Shown: positions 33,901-45,792 of the stretch, piece by piece
How positions within the stretch are numbered: the first letter of the stretch is position 1
How the letters are laid out: every line of letters begins with the position of its first letter
Source: Amphiscolops sp. MND2022
Taxonomy: Eukaryota
DNA length: 64,000 bases
Reading direction: 5' to 3'
NCBI GenBank assembly: GCA_964187785.1
Contig: OZ076413.1
Span: 48,920,001-48,984,000, forward strand
Position numbers and translations under genes: made by a program
Notes under the pieces: generated by a model
Database searches by the model: none
The model's input: only the letters and a program-made list of their open reading frames with translations
Told to the model about the DNA's origin: nothing

Positions 33901-35236
33901 GTATACAGTTATGGAAATGTATGAGTGTGAGTGGTGGCAGCTTTACAAAACCAACGTTGTAGTCAAGCAGCATTTACGTCAGTCTTTTCCTTACAAAATA
34001 CCTCTCAGCGAAGAGAGATTGTTGGAGAGAATCAAGAATGGAAGCCTTTTTGGATATGTGCAGTGTGATATTGAAGTTCCTCCAGAGCTCCGCGAACAGT
34101 TTGCTAACTTTCCTCCAATCTTTAAAAATATTAACGTGGGCAGAGATGACATTGGATCGTTTATGAAAAATTATGCTGAACAAGAAGGACTTTTATCGCA
34201 ACCGAGGAGAATGTTAATTTCCAGCTATTCGTTGGAGAATGGAACACTAATTACACCTCTGTTACTCTTTTACTTGAGCTTGGGGTTGGTATGTAAAAAG
34301 ATTTACCGTTTTGTTCAGTATACCCCTAAAAAATGCTTCAACAAGTTTGTTCAGTCCGCAGTCGACGCAAGAAGAGAAGGAGATGAGAATCCCAACTCCA
34401 GTGTTGTAGCGGAGACAATGAAGCTGCTCGCAAACAGTTCGTACGGCTATCAAATTATGGACAGGAGCCGTCACACTGTTACAAAGTATTTATGTGAGGA
34501 AAAGGTGCACGCAGCTATCAACAACAAAATGTTCAAGAGACTGAATATTATCGATGAGAAGTTGTACGAGGTGGAGCTTGCAAAGTCTGAGATTGAGCAC
34601 AGGGAACCAATCATTGTTGGATTCTTCATTCTGCAATATGCTAAATTGAGAATGTTGGAGCTCTATTACAACTTTTTCGTCAAGTATTGTGACATTAATA
34701 AGTTTGAGGAGCTTGAAATGGATACAGACTCACTTTATCTTGCATTAGCAGAAGAAGAATTATATGACTGTATTCGCCCTGATAAAAAACGAGAGTGGAT
34801 AGATTTCCGTTCCTCGGATTGTGCAGACGACTTCAAAGCCAATGCAACAACAAATTTCTTTCCCCGTACTTGCTGCACAAAACACAAGAAACATGATAAG
34901 CGAGAACCTGGACTCTTCAAGGAAGAATTTCGTTGCACAGAAATGCTGTGTCTGTGCAGCAAGACGTATTGCTGTTATGATTCCCAATCACACAAATTCA
35001 AGTTTAGCAGCAAAGGATTAAACAAGAGGACACTTGAAAGCAGTGGCGACGGACCAATGTCCAAATATAGAAAAGTTTTAGAGGAGACACTCAACGTGAC
35101 GTCAACTAATCGTGGTTTTCGTGTAATTGATCACAATGTTGGTACTTATGAACAGACAAAAAAGGGACTCTCTTATTTTTATCCCAAGCGTATAGTTCAG
35201 GAAGATGGAATTCACACTCGTCCACTAACTATTTGA
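30902..35236 (+). CDS. Protein-primed family B DNA polymerase (pPolB) with N-terminal zinc fingers and an internal VSR-like nuclease insertion
   Basis: Exonuclease motifs DFESI, FNSSKYD, YNNKDV. Polymerase motifs GIDASQLYP, KLLANSSYG, MDTDSLY. First ATG at 30902 (ORF track starts at 30863). No disruptions. Confidence 0.96.
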   Translation: MPALDRNAKVACDNCATLVSKQNLAKHKKKCSVGTLYCSQCPNFSTKSQNDLNYHIAKKHGTSNPKTTHICKVCKEEFAGFYALRQHKSKMHGLNLKKDDSSPLVDDIDDHSLKEELRACEHFLVDSEFERGRHKVFNYAVETLNTEIVNDKLDNFFYNLKCAAKVNLAFGFILKNLEDGRYRYFYAHENNTLLDRSQLVCTKDDLTKLKNIVNQTDVIESCTAERMNTKWRFYKLTNLTVFAALLKDIPMGCRDAVLPDPLLKNHTVNCLTFEQNTRQPYNDNLCLFRALALHLHGNEKLEEETCKLFNCYLEKKGGIEPATFQGVCVDDIPLVEDLIQVNIFLYDIDIVDGSIVGELARRSVQKYCNTVRLLRYNNHICYVSNINALFKAYRCSTCNQFFNKTGNLERHLVICKDRIKHVYPRNVYQLRETLFDKLDFFSIPFTKEQQLFKNLAVFDFESICVREEQFKDTETTQWIGKHVPISVSISSSLIETPLFLCNSNPQDLVESFVVALESLAAQSKAQMKLQFLDIETSIKSRLNAIFAVLNERRGPLETVLEFEDECLEVEEKDVSTQFLQMQKNQLLDLQEHLERYCNVLPVFGFNSSKYDINLIKRYLLPLLVNERELEPTVIKKANQFVSFKFGDVQLLDILNFLGGATSLDSFLKAYKTSETKGYFPYEWFDCPEKLNDTQLPPYESFFNKLRNSNPLESDYTEYEKLLQSGSSPESALSKMRLSQPPLTGKQNYEYLVNLWESEKMTTFKDFLRWYNNKDVVPTLEAMQKMIAFYHHKGIDMLKLGCTLPNLANICLHKSTNAKFYPFTENDKDLLEKIRDDMVGGPSIVFTRKAVVNETLIRDSANVCKSIVGIDASQLYPFSMCQEMPTGLYTRWDLDPESGRFRPRQNKTRSFENMVMSYYQRIRPDCKIVSFYTTGTQKKIDCFSVDGFCEHCNTVFEAMGCYYHYCPCQEARPSLTEEEIQRGTKKREMDELRRHYLMEKGYTVMEMYECEWWQLYKTNVVVKQHLRQSFPYKIPLSEERLLERIKNGSLFGYVQCDIEVPPELREQFANFPPIFKNINVGRDDIGSFMKNYAEQEGLLSQPRRMLISSYSLENGTLITPLLLFYLSLGLVCKKIYRFVQYTPKKCFNKFVQSAVDARREGDENPNSSVVAETMKLLANSSYGYQIMDRSRHTVTKYLCEEKVHAAINNKMFKRLNIIDEKLYEVELAKSEIEHREPIIVGFFILQYAKLRMLELYYNFFVKYCDINKFEELEMDTDSLYLALAEEELYDCIRPDKKREWIDFRSSDCADDFKANATTNFFPRTCCTKHKKHDKREPGLFKEEFRCTEMLCLCSKTYCCYDSQSHKFKFSSKGLNKRTLESSGDGPMSKYRKVLEETLNVTSTNRGFRVIDHNVGTYEQTKKGLSYFYPKRIVQEDGIHTRPLTI

Positions 35237-35260
35237 CATTTCTATACATTTTCAATACAT

Positions 35261-35849
35261 TTGTAGTACATTTATACATTATAATTTAAATTTTTTTTCT
35301 ATTTAAACATGATTTTTTTCCTCAACGTATAGTAGTCAATTAATGAGCTAAACCTTTATGGCGGATAAATTATTCCCGTGGCGGATAAAATTTGCAGTGG
35401 CGGATAAAATATTCCGCAGGCGGATAAAATATTGCGCGGGCGGATAAATTATTGCTCGGCGGCGGCGGCAGCCACCCAAAAATTGCCCAAAGTCTCACAG
35501 TGCCGAAAATGTCGCACAGTGCCGAAAACCCTATACCCTACCTTAAAACATTGCCGAAGCTATTCCCTATCTTTATACATTGAGCACATCTTTATACATT
35601 GACAATCATGCTCATACCTTTGAGTCAAGTCGTCAGCCAATCAGAATCGAGCACGACTCGAGTCGACAGCACGACTCGAGTCGTCAGCCAATCAGAATCG
35701 AGCACGATACGAAAAAAATCAAACCCTACCGAGTCGTGAGGGGTGGAAGACCCTTCTCGGCTCTGGGCTCGAGTCGGCTCGCTATAGCCTATCTTAAAAC
35801 ATGTGGGTCTTCCACCCCCCCCACCTGATCAGCTCCTATATATACTACT
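35261..35849 (-). repeat. Right terminal inverted repeat of the Maverick (589 bp)
   Basis: Reverse complement of 18456-19043, followed by the CATATG TSD. Confidence 0.97.
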
Positions 35850-37869
35850 CATATGGTGAAATGTGTAGTTGGAAGCAACATTGAACTGATCCTCCAAAGA
35901 GGGTTGCTTTGAGTAATACTGCATTTCATGACGTCATTCATTGAGTTTTCATCAATATTTATTCTAGGCTCGCTTGCTTTTCTTATTTTATCACCCAGGG
36001 ACTATACTTCTACTTTCTCTTGCCTTCGAGCCCGTTTTATGTAGCTTCTGTCTCTTTTCATCGAACTTCCCTTGAATTATAATCCTATCTGTCTTCGAGA
36101 AACAAAAAAGATCATTTAATTCAACACAGTTGTCGAATTCTAGAAATATCAGAAGAAACTGAAACTCCCAACACAAAATTTGGAATTATTCGATTCCAAA
36201 TTCGTTCTCAGTGAAGTACTTTTGATTTCCTTCAGAAAACTACTAAATGTTTTTTTCTGACAACTGGCTCCGAACTTTGCGCCAAAACCTTGCACGCCTC
36301 GTGTCTCTGATTACAATTCAGTATGTTTCAAAACATGCTAGTGCCGCTTCAATCCAACCTTGATAACAGTGAGATAAAGTGGACACAAACGGAAACTGGA
36401 GAAACCGAAACTTTGCACTCAGTTTCATTTCGATTTTTTTGGTCCCGGTTTCTCCTATTTCAGAGACAATATTTCGTAACAATGTAATGCTCTGTAATAC
36501 CGTCTAAAAATTTTTTCCATGCGTTCAGCTAGTGCCTTCAGAAGTTTGCAGAAAGTAACTGGTACGAAATCGTACCATGATTCATTTAGGGTTGAAAGTT
36601 ATCTAAAAACGTGAAATATTTAGAAAGTTTGTTTCCTTCCTCTTCGAAAGTTCGTCATCGACAAACATCTTCCAACGAATTCAACCTGAAAAATACTGAG
36701 TGAAATCGTCTGAAAATGACGCCTGTGTGAACCAATATTACGGCTGATATCCGATTTAACGGCCGTCATTAAGATTAGCTCACTTGTCAGCTTAATCTTT
36801 TTAAGGATTCATTCTATGACAGTTCTAATAATTTGGAACGTCATTACTTTTGACTTGACTCTCTCCAAAACCGGGTAAATGTAATTGTAATTCGGAAATG
36901 TCATTTTTGAGATCTTCTAAAATGCTTCCAAGCTTCACGGGGAAGTATCAGTTTAATTCTAATAAATACTTACTAAATTCACTGCGTGATTAGTTTTTCC
37001 ACATCGCCAAGAATAATTTCTCGATCAAAAATTGAATTGTATCCCGGTTTATTCTTCTGAATGAGACCCAAAATCTTTTGGAAATTTTTGTCCTCCTTTT
37101 CAGACATATCATTTGTGTAACAGTTGTCCCTAAGATTCAAACATCAAGTGCCCACCCAACTTTTGTCATGTTCTAATTTTTCGACTTGGAAGATAGTGGT
37201 TCTTCCACGGAGTTCAACGACTGAAAAATTAAGTTCGTAGCATGTATTTGTGGAGGCATTCATGTATTTTTCATTCTGATGTTTTTTGGAAAGAAAGAAA
37301 CTTTTTCGCGTGTTTGCAAAGTTAGGCTACCGAGATTTTTCATGTTTTTATTTGGGAGAAAGAGTTTTCCGAGTCGGAATTCTCGTGGGTGCCTAATTCG
37401 GGCGTTTTCTGCATTTGTACTCGAGTACCGACTGGGACTGTTCTTGGCTTGTTTTGTCTTGTACTGCATTGCAATGCTCGAGCGTAGCCAATTGTCTTCG
37501 AATTCTGGAAAAAGTCGAAAATTTGGAAATTTGGTTCACTTTAAAACTTTTCCTGCTTGGAAAAAGTATCCTTTGGTAAACCTGCTTGTTGGTCTCCACA
37601 AGCATATGTTGAGTAGCTGATTGTTTTGTAATTGAACTCAATGGAAACTTTTTTCCACAAATTTATCCAGAATGTGTAAACTAGTTGCATGAAACAGTCA
37701 AAAATTTAGAATGTTGAGACCTTCTGGTCTTCTGCTTTTTGGGGATTTTGACGCTTTTTCAATCAAAAATAATATGAAGACTCTATTAAAAAAGAATGCT
37801 AATTCATTGAATGTATTCTGTTTGAATTCTGTGGTTTTTCATACCTACGGAAACATTCAACAATTGTAG

Positions 37870-38333
37870 AACAAGCCGGGAACGGCCCAAGTCGGCGCCA
37901 TATCTAAGGCTCAAAAATACCAAAAGGACTTCAAAATGTCAAAGTATTGGTGAATTGGGGACCCTTTTATGAAAAAAAATTTTGAAAAAAGTTTCACAAT
38001 GCCAAAAAAATGAAAGGGGGGACCCTTTGGGGTTTTTCAACCATTCTGTCGGAAAATATCAAAAAATTGGAGGGGGACCCTTCGGTGAAAAAAAATTCGA
38101 AAAAAGTCTCACAGAGCCGAAAATACTCTAAGGGAGTACCCTTTGGCCCTGTTGAGTTTCTTAGATGATGTAAAAATACTACTTCGTAAGCTAAGTAAGA
38201 ATTGTAAGAAATTGTAAGATTGTAAGAATTGTAAGAAAAATGGACCATTCAGAGTGAGATTGTCAGCTGAAAAAAACTACCCACTGTAATAGTCGGGTTT
38301 TTTTCCTTAAGGGACAAGGCGCCGACTAAAAAA
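37870..38333 (-). mobile_element. Helentron/DINE-1-like non-autonomous element (GCCG hairpin variant)
   Basis: aacaagccgggaacggcccaagtcggcgcc at one end, agtcggg...gcgccgactaaaaa at the other, and an internal (gtaagaatt)n minisatellite. Confidence 0.65.
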
Positions 38334-39707
38334 CGCTTGAAAATGGTCAAAATAGTTTGGCTTCATTTCGTGGTGGTGATTATGCTGTCAATGTATATGT
38401 TCGAATATCTCGACATATGCATATGCTACGAACCTCTTTTTATGACAGTTGACATTTTGAAAAAACCTCTATAATTTTTGTATAATATTGAAGCATGCTA
38501 AAAAACGCGGCCCTATTTTGCCTTTCTTTTCTTTCCCAAATGTTTTGAGCCTATAGCGTGGCGCAGACTTGGGCTGTGCTCTGCTTGACATGTTTCTGCT
38601 TGAATTCTGCTTGAATTTTTTTCATTTTCCATTTATGAAATATGGACAGAAAATGAGAAGCTTCAAAAAGGAGGTAATGAAACAAACCAGCATCGACTTT
38701 GGGCCAAAATCAAATACTCCTTAACATGCGATATTTAATTTTTTCAAGCTTCTGTATGAGCTGGAATATTATCAAAACTGTGAACGGTATTTTTTCTTAG
38801 CATCTAGTCTAACTCTTTTTAGAAGCACGGGGACACCTTTATTGACATGATGCGATCGAATATTTACTAAATATTTGTTCGCTGAGAGCTTCGCCTGCAT
38901 TCAAATAAGAATCCAGAGTCATTGTCGTTTACGATTAGTATTTTGTTCCAAGTAACACTTCTACTCCAATTTACTCAGTTTGCACTTCCGCAAACTTTAA
39001 AAATTCGAAAATGTTTCTGAAAAATATATTGGGAATTGCTAGATAACTTCCCGCTAAGTCATTTTTTTTCTTGAAAGCTTATGTGGAAATGATCTATGAA
39101 CTTTTGAAATATTAGCTGCAATTTATTTGCAGTTGCAGAAACATTAGTCAGTCCCGAAGGTGCCAATTTTTTGAAAATAGCAGAAACAAGCTAATTTTTG
39201 TTTGACGTCCAGAATCTTCTGAAGTCCAAAATCTTGAATCTTTGGATAATTTTAGTTTTCTTCGTTGAGAGCTGTGCAAGTTCTGAATAGTTTACTGTAT
39301 CTACATCATTACCAAATGCACTTTCAGCACGTGAAAGATGATTTGAGCTTCAGCAATTTTGGTCAATAAAAATTGATTTTTTACTTCATGTTATCAGTGT
39401 TGTACATATAAACTGTCAAAATTCGATTGAAAATATGGAAATCATATAAACAATATTTATATGATTCATTTAAATTGTAACCCTATTAACAGCTTAGCAT
39501 GTAGATATTGTGGTTTAAAGTTTGAACACCAGATTTTTGGATGGATCCGGAAATTGCCTTGTCCAGTTAGGGTTAAATGGAAATTGAAATGATTGGTTGT
39601 TGCAATTTGATTTGCTGCTCGCTTGCAAAGCAATTCAATTGGATTTTGTTTCGACTCAAATTACCATTTTGTTTTTCACCGGAATTTTTTTTGTCGAGGT
39701 AAAGGTT

Positions 39708-41056
39708 AACAAGACGGGAACGTCTAAAGTCGGCGCTATATCTAAGGCTCAAGAAGTGCAAAGTTTTCTAAATATGCTCAGGACGTATTCATGAAAAGCT
39801 TTGAAAACACTTTTGAGACACCCAAAGTGTGCCTTTCATGCTCGATATGACTGGAAAATCACTGTTTCCCGACTGGGAACAAAATAAAATTTGAAAATTT
39901 TTTTGAAAAAAAACTTCGAAAAGGTCGCATAGTGCCGAAAAATGAAAAGGGTTGACCCTTTGGGATTCATTAACATACATTCTGTTGCAAAATATCAAAA
40001 AACTCGAAGGGGGGACTGTTGACGATAACGAACTCAAGTGAAAGAAGAGAATTCAGTAACAACTGTGAAATAGTACAGAATCTGATGTTATGGCAGTTGA
40101 TGTTAATTTGCCACTTTGGCTAAGTTTGGCAGGTTGTTATTATTACGTAATTTAATTATTTTCACACATTTGTTTTCTCAGCAATTAAGTTCAGTATTCT
40201 AGACTCTACTACAGGGACTCTTTTGAGACATTAAAAAAATTTCGAAAAAAATTCGCACAGTGCCGAAAAAAAATTGAAAGGGGGGACCCTTTGGTCTCTT
40301 CCGGTTTTGTAGGTTACGTAAAAAAGGTAAAAAAATGAAAGGGGGGACCCTTTGCACTGAGTTTCCATTGGCCTGACTTGGCCTGAGTAGTCTTATCAGT
40401 TTCTGTAAAAAGTGGTACATACGCGATGAGCTCTGTGGTCTGACGAAAAAAAAGAACAAGACGGGAACGTCTAAAGTCGGCGCTATATCTAAGGCTCAAA
40501 AAGCTGAGTTTTCTAAATATGCCCAGGATGTATTCATGAAAAGCTTTGAAAACACTTTCGAGACACCCAAAGTGTGCCTTTCATGCTCGATATGACTGGA
40601 AAATCACTGTTTCCCGACTGGGAACAAAATAAAATTTGAAAATTTTTTTGAAAAAAAACTTCGAAAAGGTCGCATAGTGCCGAAAAATGAAAAGGGTTGA
40701 CCCTTTGGGATTCATTAACATGCATTCTGTTGCAAAATATCAAAAAACTTGAAGGGGGGACTCTTTTGAGACCTTAAAAAATTTTCGAAAAAAATTTCGC
40801 ACAGTGCCGAAAAAAAAATTGAAAGGGGGGACCCTTTGGTCTCTTCCGGTTTTGTAGGTTACGTAAAAAAGGTAAAAAATGAAAGGGGGGACCCTTTGCA
40901 CTAAGTTTCCATTGGCCTGACTTGGCCTGAGTAGTCTTATCAGTTTCTGTAAAAAGTGGTACATACGCGATGAGCTCTGTGGTCTGACGAAAAAAAAAAA
41001 CTAGCCACTGTAATAGTCGGGCTTTTTTCCTTAAAGGAAAATGCGCCGACTAAAAA
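39708..41056 (-). mobile_element. Head-to-tail pair of Helentron/DINE-1-like elements (39708-~40453 and 40455-41056)
   Basis: Both units begin aacaagacgggaacgtctaaagtcggcgct and are highly similar. Only the second keeps the gcgccgactaaaaa terminus. Confidence 0.7.
40017..40213. mobile_element. Short solo LTR (197 bp) inserted in a Helentron-like repeat
   Basis: TGT...ACA ends and 5-bp TSD GGGAC (40012-40016, 40214-40218). The empty site GGGGGACTCTTTTGAGAC is present in sister copies at ~40755 and ~45963. Confidence 0.8.
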
Positions 41057-42346
41057 TCATTTAAATGAAAACCTTTTCTTTATATTAATCATTTAAATGA
41101 TTTTCATTTATATGAATTGGGTTTATATATATCAATATTTATATGATCATTTAAATGATTGGTTAATATGTACAACACTGCATGTTATTTCAATTTCCAT
41201 AATTCATTTTTCAATTTACTAGTGTGGCTTTTGTTCCATTGAATAAGATGGTGAAAATACTTCCTTTTTGGCTGAGAATCAATTCGTGTCGCTTTCATTT
41301 GACATGTTTCGTCTCTGGAAAAGAAACTTCTCAATGATTTATGGAATGCTTGGTAAAATGGCGCCTGAAGGGTTGTGTAATTATTTAAGTGGTCAACTAA
41401 TTCCGTCGTCCACTGTTCTTAACATGCAATCAATTAGGCGCATACTTTTTTTCTCTATTGGATCAATGGATGGTAAAAAATGTTTATTCCCCTATTTATA
41501 TTGAGTGCAGACGTGCATGGAGCTTACATAAAACATGCGCATAGTTTCCATTACAAAGCCTTTGAAGTCGAATTCTGTGACTCTTCTGAAAATTCCCGAC
41601 TATATTTGATCTAACAAATTGTTTATGGCAGTTTGGATTCTTAGCTACCCGTTACATGTTCTATCCACTTAATTTATTTACCTATTTTTCCGTCTGACTG
41701 ATGACTTTTCAACCATTGAAAATGAAAATTTGCTTAATGTAATCAGTGCCCTAGATCTTATGCATCCCGTTCAAAAGTATGCTAAATTGAGTCTCTAGAT
41801 TGCCGATTTGAAAATGCGAGCTTCAGGGAGCATTTCGTATTTATGCAAATCTGTCAATTACTATTGCAATAATTGTTCCGTTTGTAGATGAGCTAATGCA
41901 GAAAATGTCAGGAAGTAATAAACGAAAACGCAAATTCTTTATGGCCCTTCAAATTTTCATGAAGTAGTGGAAAATGTAGTTAAAGACCAATTGCTGTGTA
42001 AAACAGTTATCGGTCAATGACCTCTCGGGCATGTCATAAGTCCTTATTACTATTTTTCTTTTTAAAGGTTTCAAATTTTATTGATTTTTTTCAATGTAGA
42101 AATTCTGACAAGTTTTCGTTCGTCCTAGTTTGGAGAAAATCAGGTGTCGATGTGTAACTTCGCTGATTTTCAGGAAGTGTCCGAGTTGAGAATCGCTCAA
42201 ATTAGATCTAATCGCAATACGTCTTCATGCATTTTTCTGCGAAAGATATTCAAAGTACCTGACATTTATCCAATCCTTCAGTTTTACATACTGATTTCCA
42301 CAGTATTTCTTTTAAAATATATTTTCCCAAATATTTCTCGTTCTAG

Positions 42347-42668
42347 ACTCTGGAAGATCAACGCAAGATGATCAAAGCGGGCAAGTTGGTGAAGGATGAA
42401 GACATCCCCGGACCCATCACCATGGTCGTGCCTCAGAGTGCCAGTGCGGAAAACAACCAGGTAGCTCTGGCAGGCGCCGGGGGCACTGATGACGTCAACA
42501 ACGTTTCTGCCGGTACCACTCGAACTATTCCCTCCTCGGCCTCAGGCAGCGAGCACAGCCCCACTGCAGACATGCTGCAGGCAACCTCAAACAACCCAGC
42601 CTCCGGTGGCACAAGCACCACTCTGGATAAATCCAATCCACAGGGAACTGCTATCAAACGTAACCAGG
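42347..42668 (+). CDS. CC2D1: CC2D1/Lgd exon, C-half of DM14-1 plus linker (TLEDQRKMIKAGKLVKDEDIPGPI...)
   Basis: ttctag acceptor in phase 0 completes the DM14 repeat begun at 15848. G|gttagt donor in phase 1. Confidence 0.88.
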
Positions 42669-45600
42669 GTTAGTTAGTGTAGTAATTCATGAACACGTGT
42701 TGTTGCACCTCAGAGCGACGAGTCACAACTGAGAGAAATCATTCACGAATTGAAGTGCTTCGACAATCAAAAACAAGTCTTGTGCTTAATTACCATCACA
42801 ACCTAATTTTGATCGGTCGAACTTTAGTTACACTCAAAATTAGAAAGCTCTGTTGATTGTTAAAGATTTGGTCTGTCGAATCCACTTCTGCTATTTGGAA
42901 ATTGTGGAAGATCAATTTTTTTTGCGGAGAGAAATGGCAGGAAATTGGGTGCACAGAGAAGTTCTGAAATTGTAAATTTGAAAAGAAAACTAGTATGTTT
43001 TATATGAACAAGTCGACGGCCCGTTCAATGCTTTAAAAGAGCAAGAATTTGATGGGGTACAAATTACAAACTTGAATACATTTGATTGTCACCAGTTATG
43101 GAAGCACTAGCGTTGCAGATAATTCTGCACAAAACAGAATGGTTATTCAAATTTCACGGTATTCATCAGCTGGTCTAGTTTCATCAAATTCGGGTAGCTA
43201 CAGAAATACCTCGGCAAGGGTCTTTTACGGTCAGTTTGGAAAAATTTACAGACTAGTAGTAGGGGGTATTCGTCGGCTTTACATTTCTTTCAGTCTTTCA
43301 AATATGCTTAAGGGCAGTTATTGAGGAAGTTTTCATAAGAAGAATATCTAAAAGTAGAAATCGAGAAAAGTCGCTCAGTGCCGAAAAACTAAATGGTGAC
43401 TTTTAGACCTGAAATAGCTTTGCAAACGTGAATTTTTTTAGTCCTTACCCACTACCTTTTACTTAAATAGCACGCACCCTACCCACAAGAGATATGTGAC
43501 AGGACAACATAAAGGAGATACTTGTAGAATATTTATAAAATCTCGAAAAAGTTACTACTATCGAAAGCGTCGACTAAAAATTGATAGGTCTAAAAAGCTG
43601 CTGAAATATAATATAGCTGCCCATGCTAACAGTAGCCTAGTTGTAGCGTTTATTATGGTACGGTGCATGGTACGGTATTTTAAAATCAGTGTGTTCTATT
43701 TATCCCCATTAAGCTGAAATTTTATTAAAGTTGCGCTGAAATGATCAAACATTGGCGTGAACTTTTTAAAATAAGCGGTATTCTGCACCTTAGGTCAAGA
43801 ATTATTTTCAATTTACCTCCTCGATAATATGGTTAACCCAATGCAGAGAAGATTAATTCCTTTCATATCTTGGAGTCTTTTGAAAAGTTTTAGCTCATGG
43901 TAGGGAAAAAACCTAGTTTAATTTTTCCCTCCTTATTTAGCGAATGTGCCTTAGAAGTGTTGGGACTGCTTTGAAATGGGTGCTGCAGTGATTATGCGAA
44001 GCTTTGAAGTTTTACCAAATTCAGCTGAGGCCCACTGACCTCATTTGTTAGTTGTGAACAGAGTACCCTCGATTGGAAGCAGGGGGTGCAAAGCAAACAA
44101 AGTTGCACAGTGCCTCTTTTGAACTTTCTCCTCTGCGCATTTCAAAGATTTCTTTTTATAATTTCCATCGCTCCATTCCTATTTTCTTTCATCAAGCTCG
44201 CCTTCTTTTTATGACGGTAATATTAAATTGTTCTCCAACTAGTCTTTCATCTCCTCCATCATCCTTGTACTCGACATAATGGAATTTTCTACCACAGGCT
44301 GCCCCTGCGAGATACCTTAGCTGATAGCTGTATTATGAGCTGTGAAGCACCGATAGCTACCAAGATAGATGCTATCTTTCCTACAGAGTGGGCAGCCCTT
44401 CCTCTCAATGACCGACTGACCGTCCTTCTAAAGAAGCTAAGAACCTCTGTGTAGGCAGACTTTTGTCTTCGTGCTATAAATAAAATGCTGATATTCCATG
44501 CTTCGTTTCACTAACGGGTCTCAAAAAAGTAGCAAAATGATGACCATAATCTCATACACCGTAATTACAGTCTGTCTATCTTTTTCATAGAATCCTGTAG
44601 GCAAAAGTTTGTTCAAACAATGATAGAAATTTTGGTGTTTTCAAAATGGAAACGTCTAGATTCGCTTTCTTGATGACGATACTTCAATCCCTTATCCTGC
44701 ATAGTCGCAATTTTTGACGATTAACAGATTTATTAATTTCATGGAATTGCCTATTGATTTGGAGATGCTGAAAACATTCCAAACAAGACAATATTTGAGC
44801 ACTTCCATCCTTTTTCCCGTTTAAAATTCTTCAACACAAGTGGCTTTCTTGCTATTCCATCATGTATTGACATTGACCGTCATTTTTCTGTCAAAGCCTG
44901 ATGTAAGCATTTGTCAGAGTCATGTTGTACCTTTTTCTGTTTCTCATTTCCTTTATGCACGGCGGATAATCACTGAAGCCTAATCTGAGCGCATGACTGG
45001 TTCTGTACATTAATGTTGTAATGGCGGACGTGGCGTCTTTGCGTTTTGTTATTCTTTTTGACCTATGATTGCGAGCAGCAATTCAATCAATTTCCTGCGA
45101 GCACTGACGAGGCGGCAGCGACATGGCATCGATTGCAGAAGCCAACATCGATCTGCCCATCCTTCGCCCTCTCAATTTCTGTTGACTCTCATCGATTTTT
45201 CCTATTCGCCATTTCTTGCCTTTGTGGCTGCACTGCGCAATGCGGCACTTTCCATCCCATTTCCTCCTAAAATTTGTCTAATTTACCGCGTTTTTGTCTT
45301 TCACCCTCTGGGGAGAGGCCGAGGGCAATCTAATGGCTCGAAAAATGGGATATGCGGTTAAATTATATAAAGCATCTTGCGGTCTGCAGAGCGATGAAAT
45401 TGTCACTTCTCTGAAGCTGCTGCATCGCAGTCGCAATGCTCAGTCTTCTCTGACATTTTTTAGTAGCTGCACAAAACTCTTTTGAACGGCACTATTCTAA
45501 AATGATGACTTCTTTGTCCCCAAGTGACGTTCGTGCTTTCTTCACTTAAGGTTCCGTTGCCTAATATTTGTTCTCTCAGATTATTGCATCTGAAAAAATG

Positions 45601-45792
45601 CAAGCATATGTATATGTACATGATAATTACTACTAGCACAGGATTACTTACTACAAAAGCACAGGATTTATGCTCTATTTGCCATAATTTTCATCTGATG
45701 ATCATATTTGATTACCAAAGTGATGGAACAGGTAGTCAATACGCAAATCATGCTAAGTTTTCAGCTGTTGAAATGTATAATCCCAAATAGGA

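Larger units (their letters stand above)
18456..35849. mobile_element. Maverick/Polinton (adintovirus-like endogenous DNA virus), apparently complete, 17,394 bp
   Basis: Ends AGTAGT...ACTACT, ~588-bp TIRs, 6-bp TSD CATATG (18450-18455 and 35850-35855). Encodes pPolB, rve integrase, ATPase, protease and major/minor capsid proteins. Confidence 0.97.

Noticed and set aside
15848..42668. Functional link between the EGF-bearing element and its host gene (CC2D1/Lgd acts with ESCRT-III in receptor down-regulation)
   Set aside because: A single insertion into a large intron is adequately explained by chance; nothing indicates targeting.
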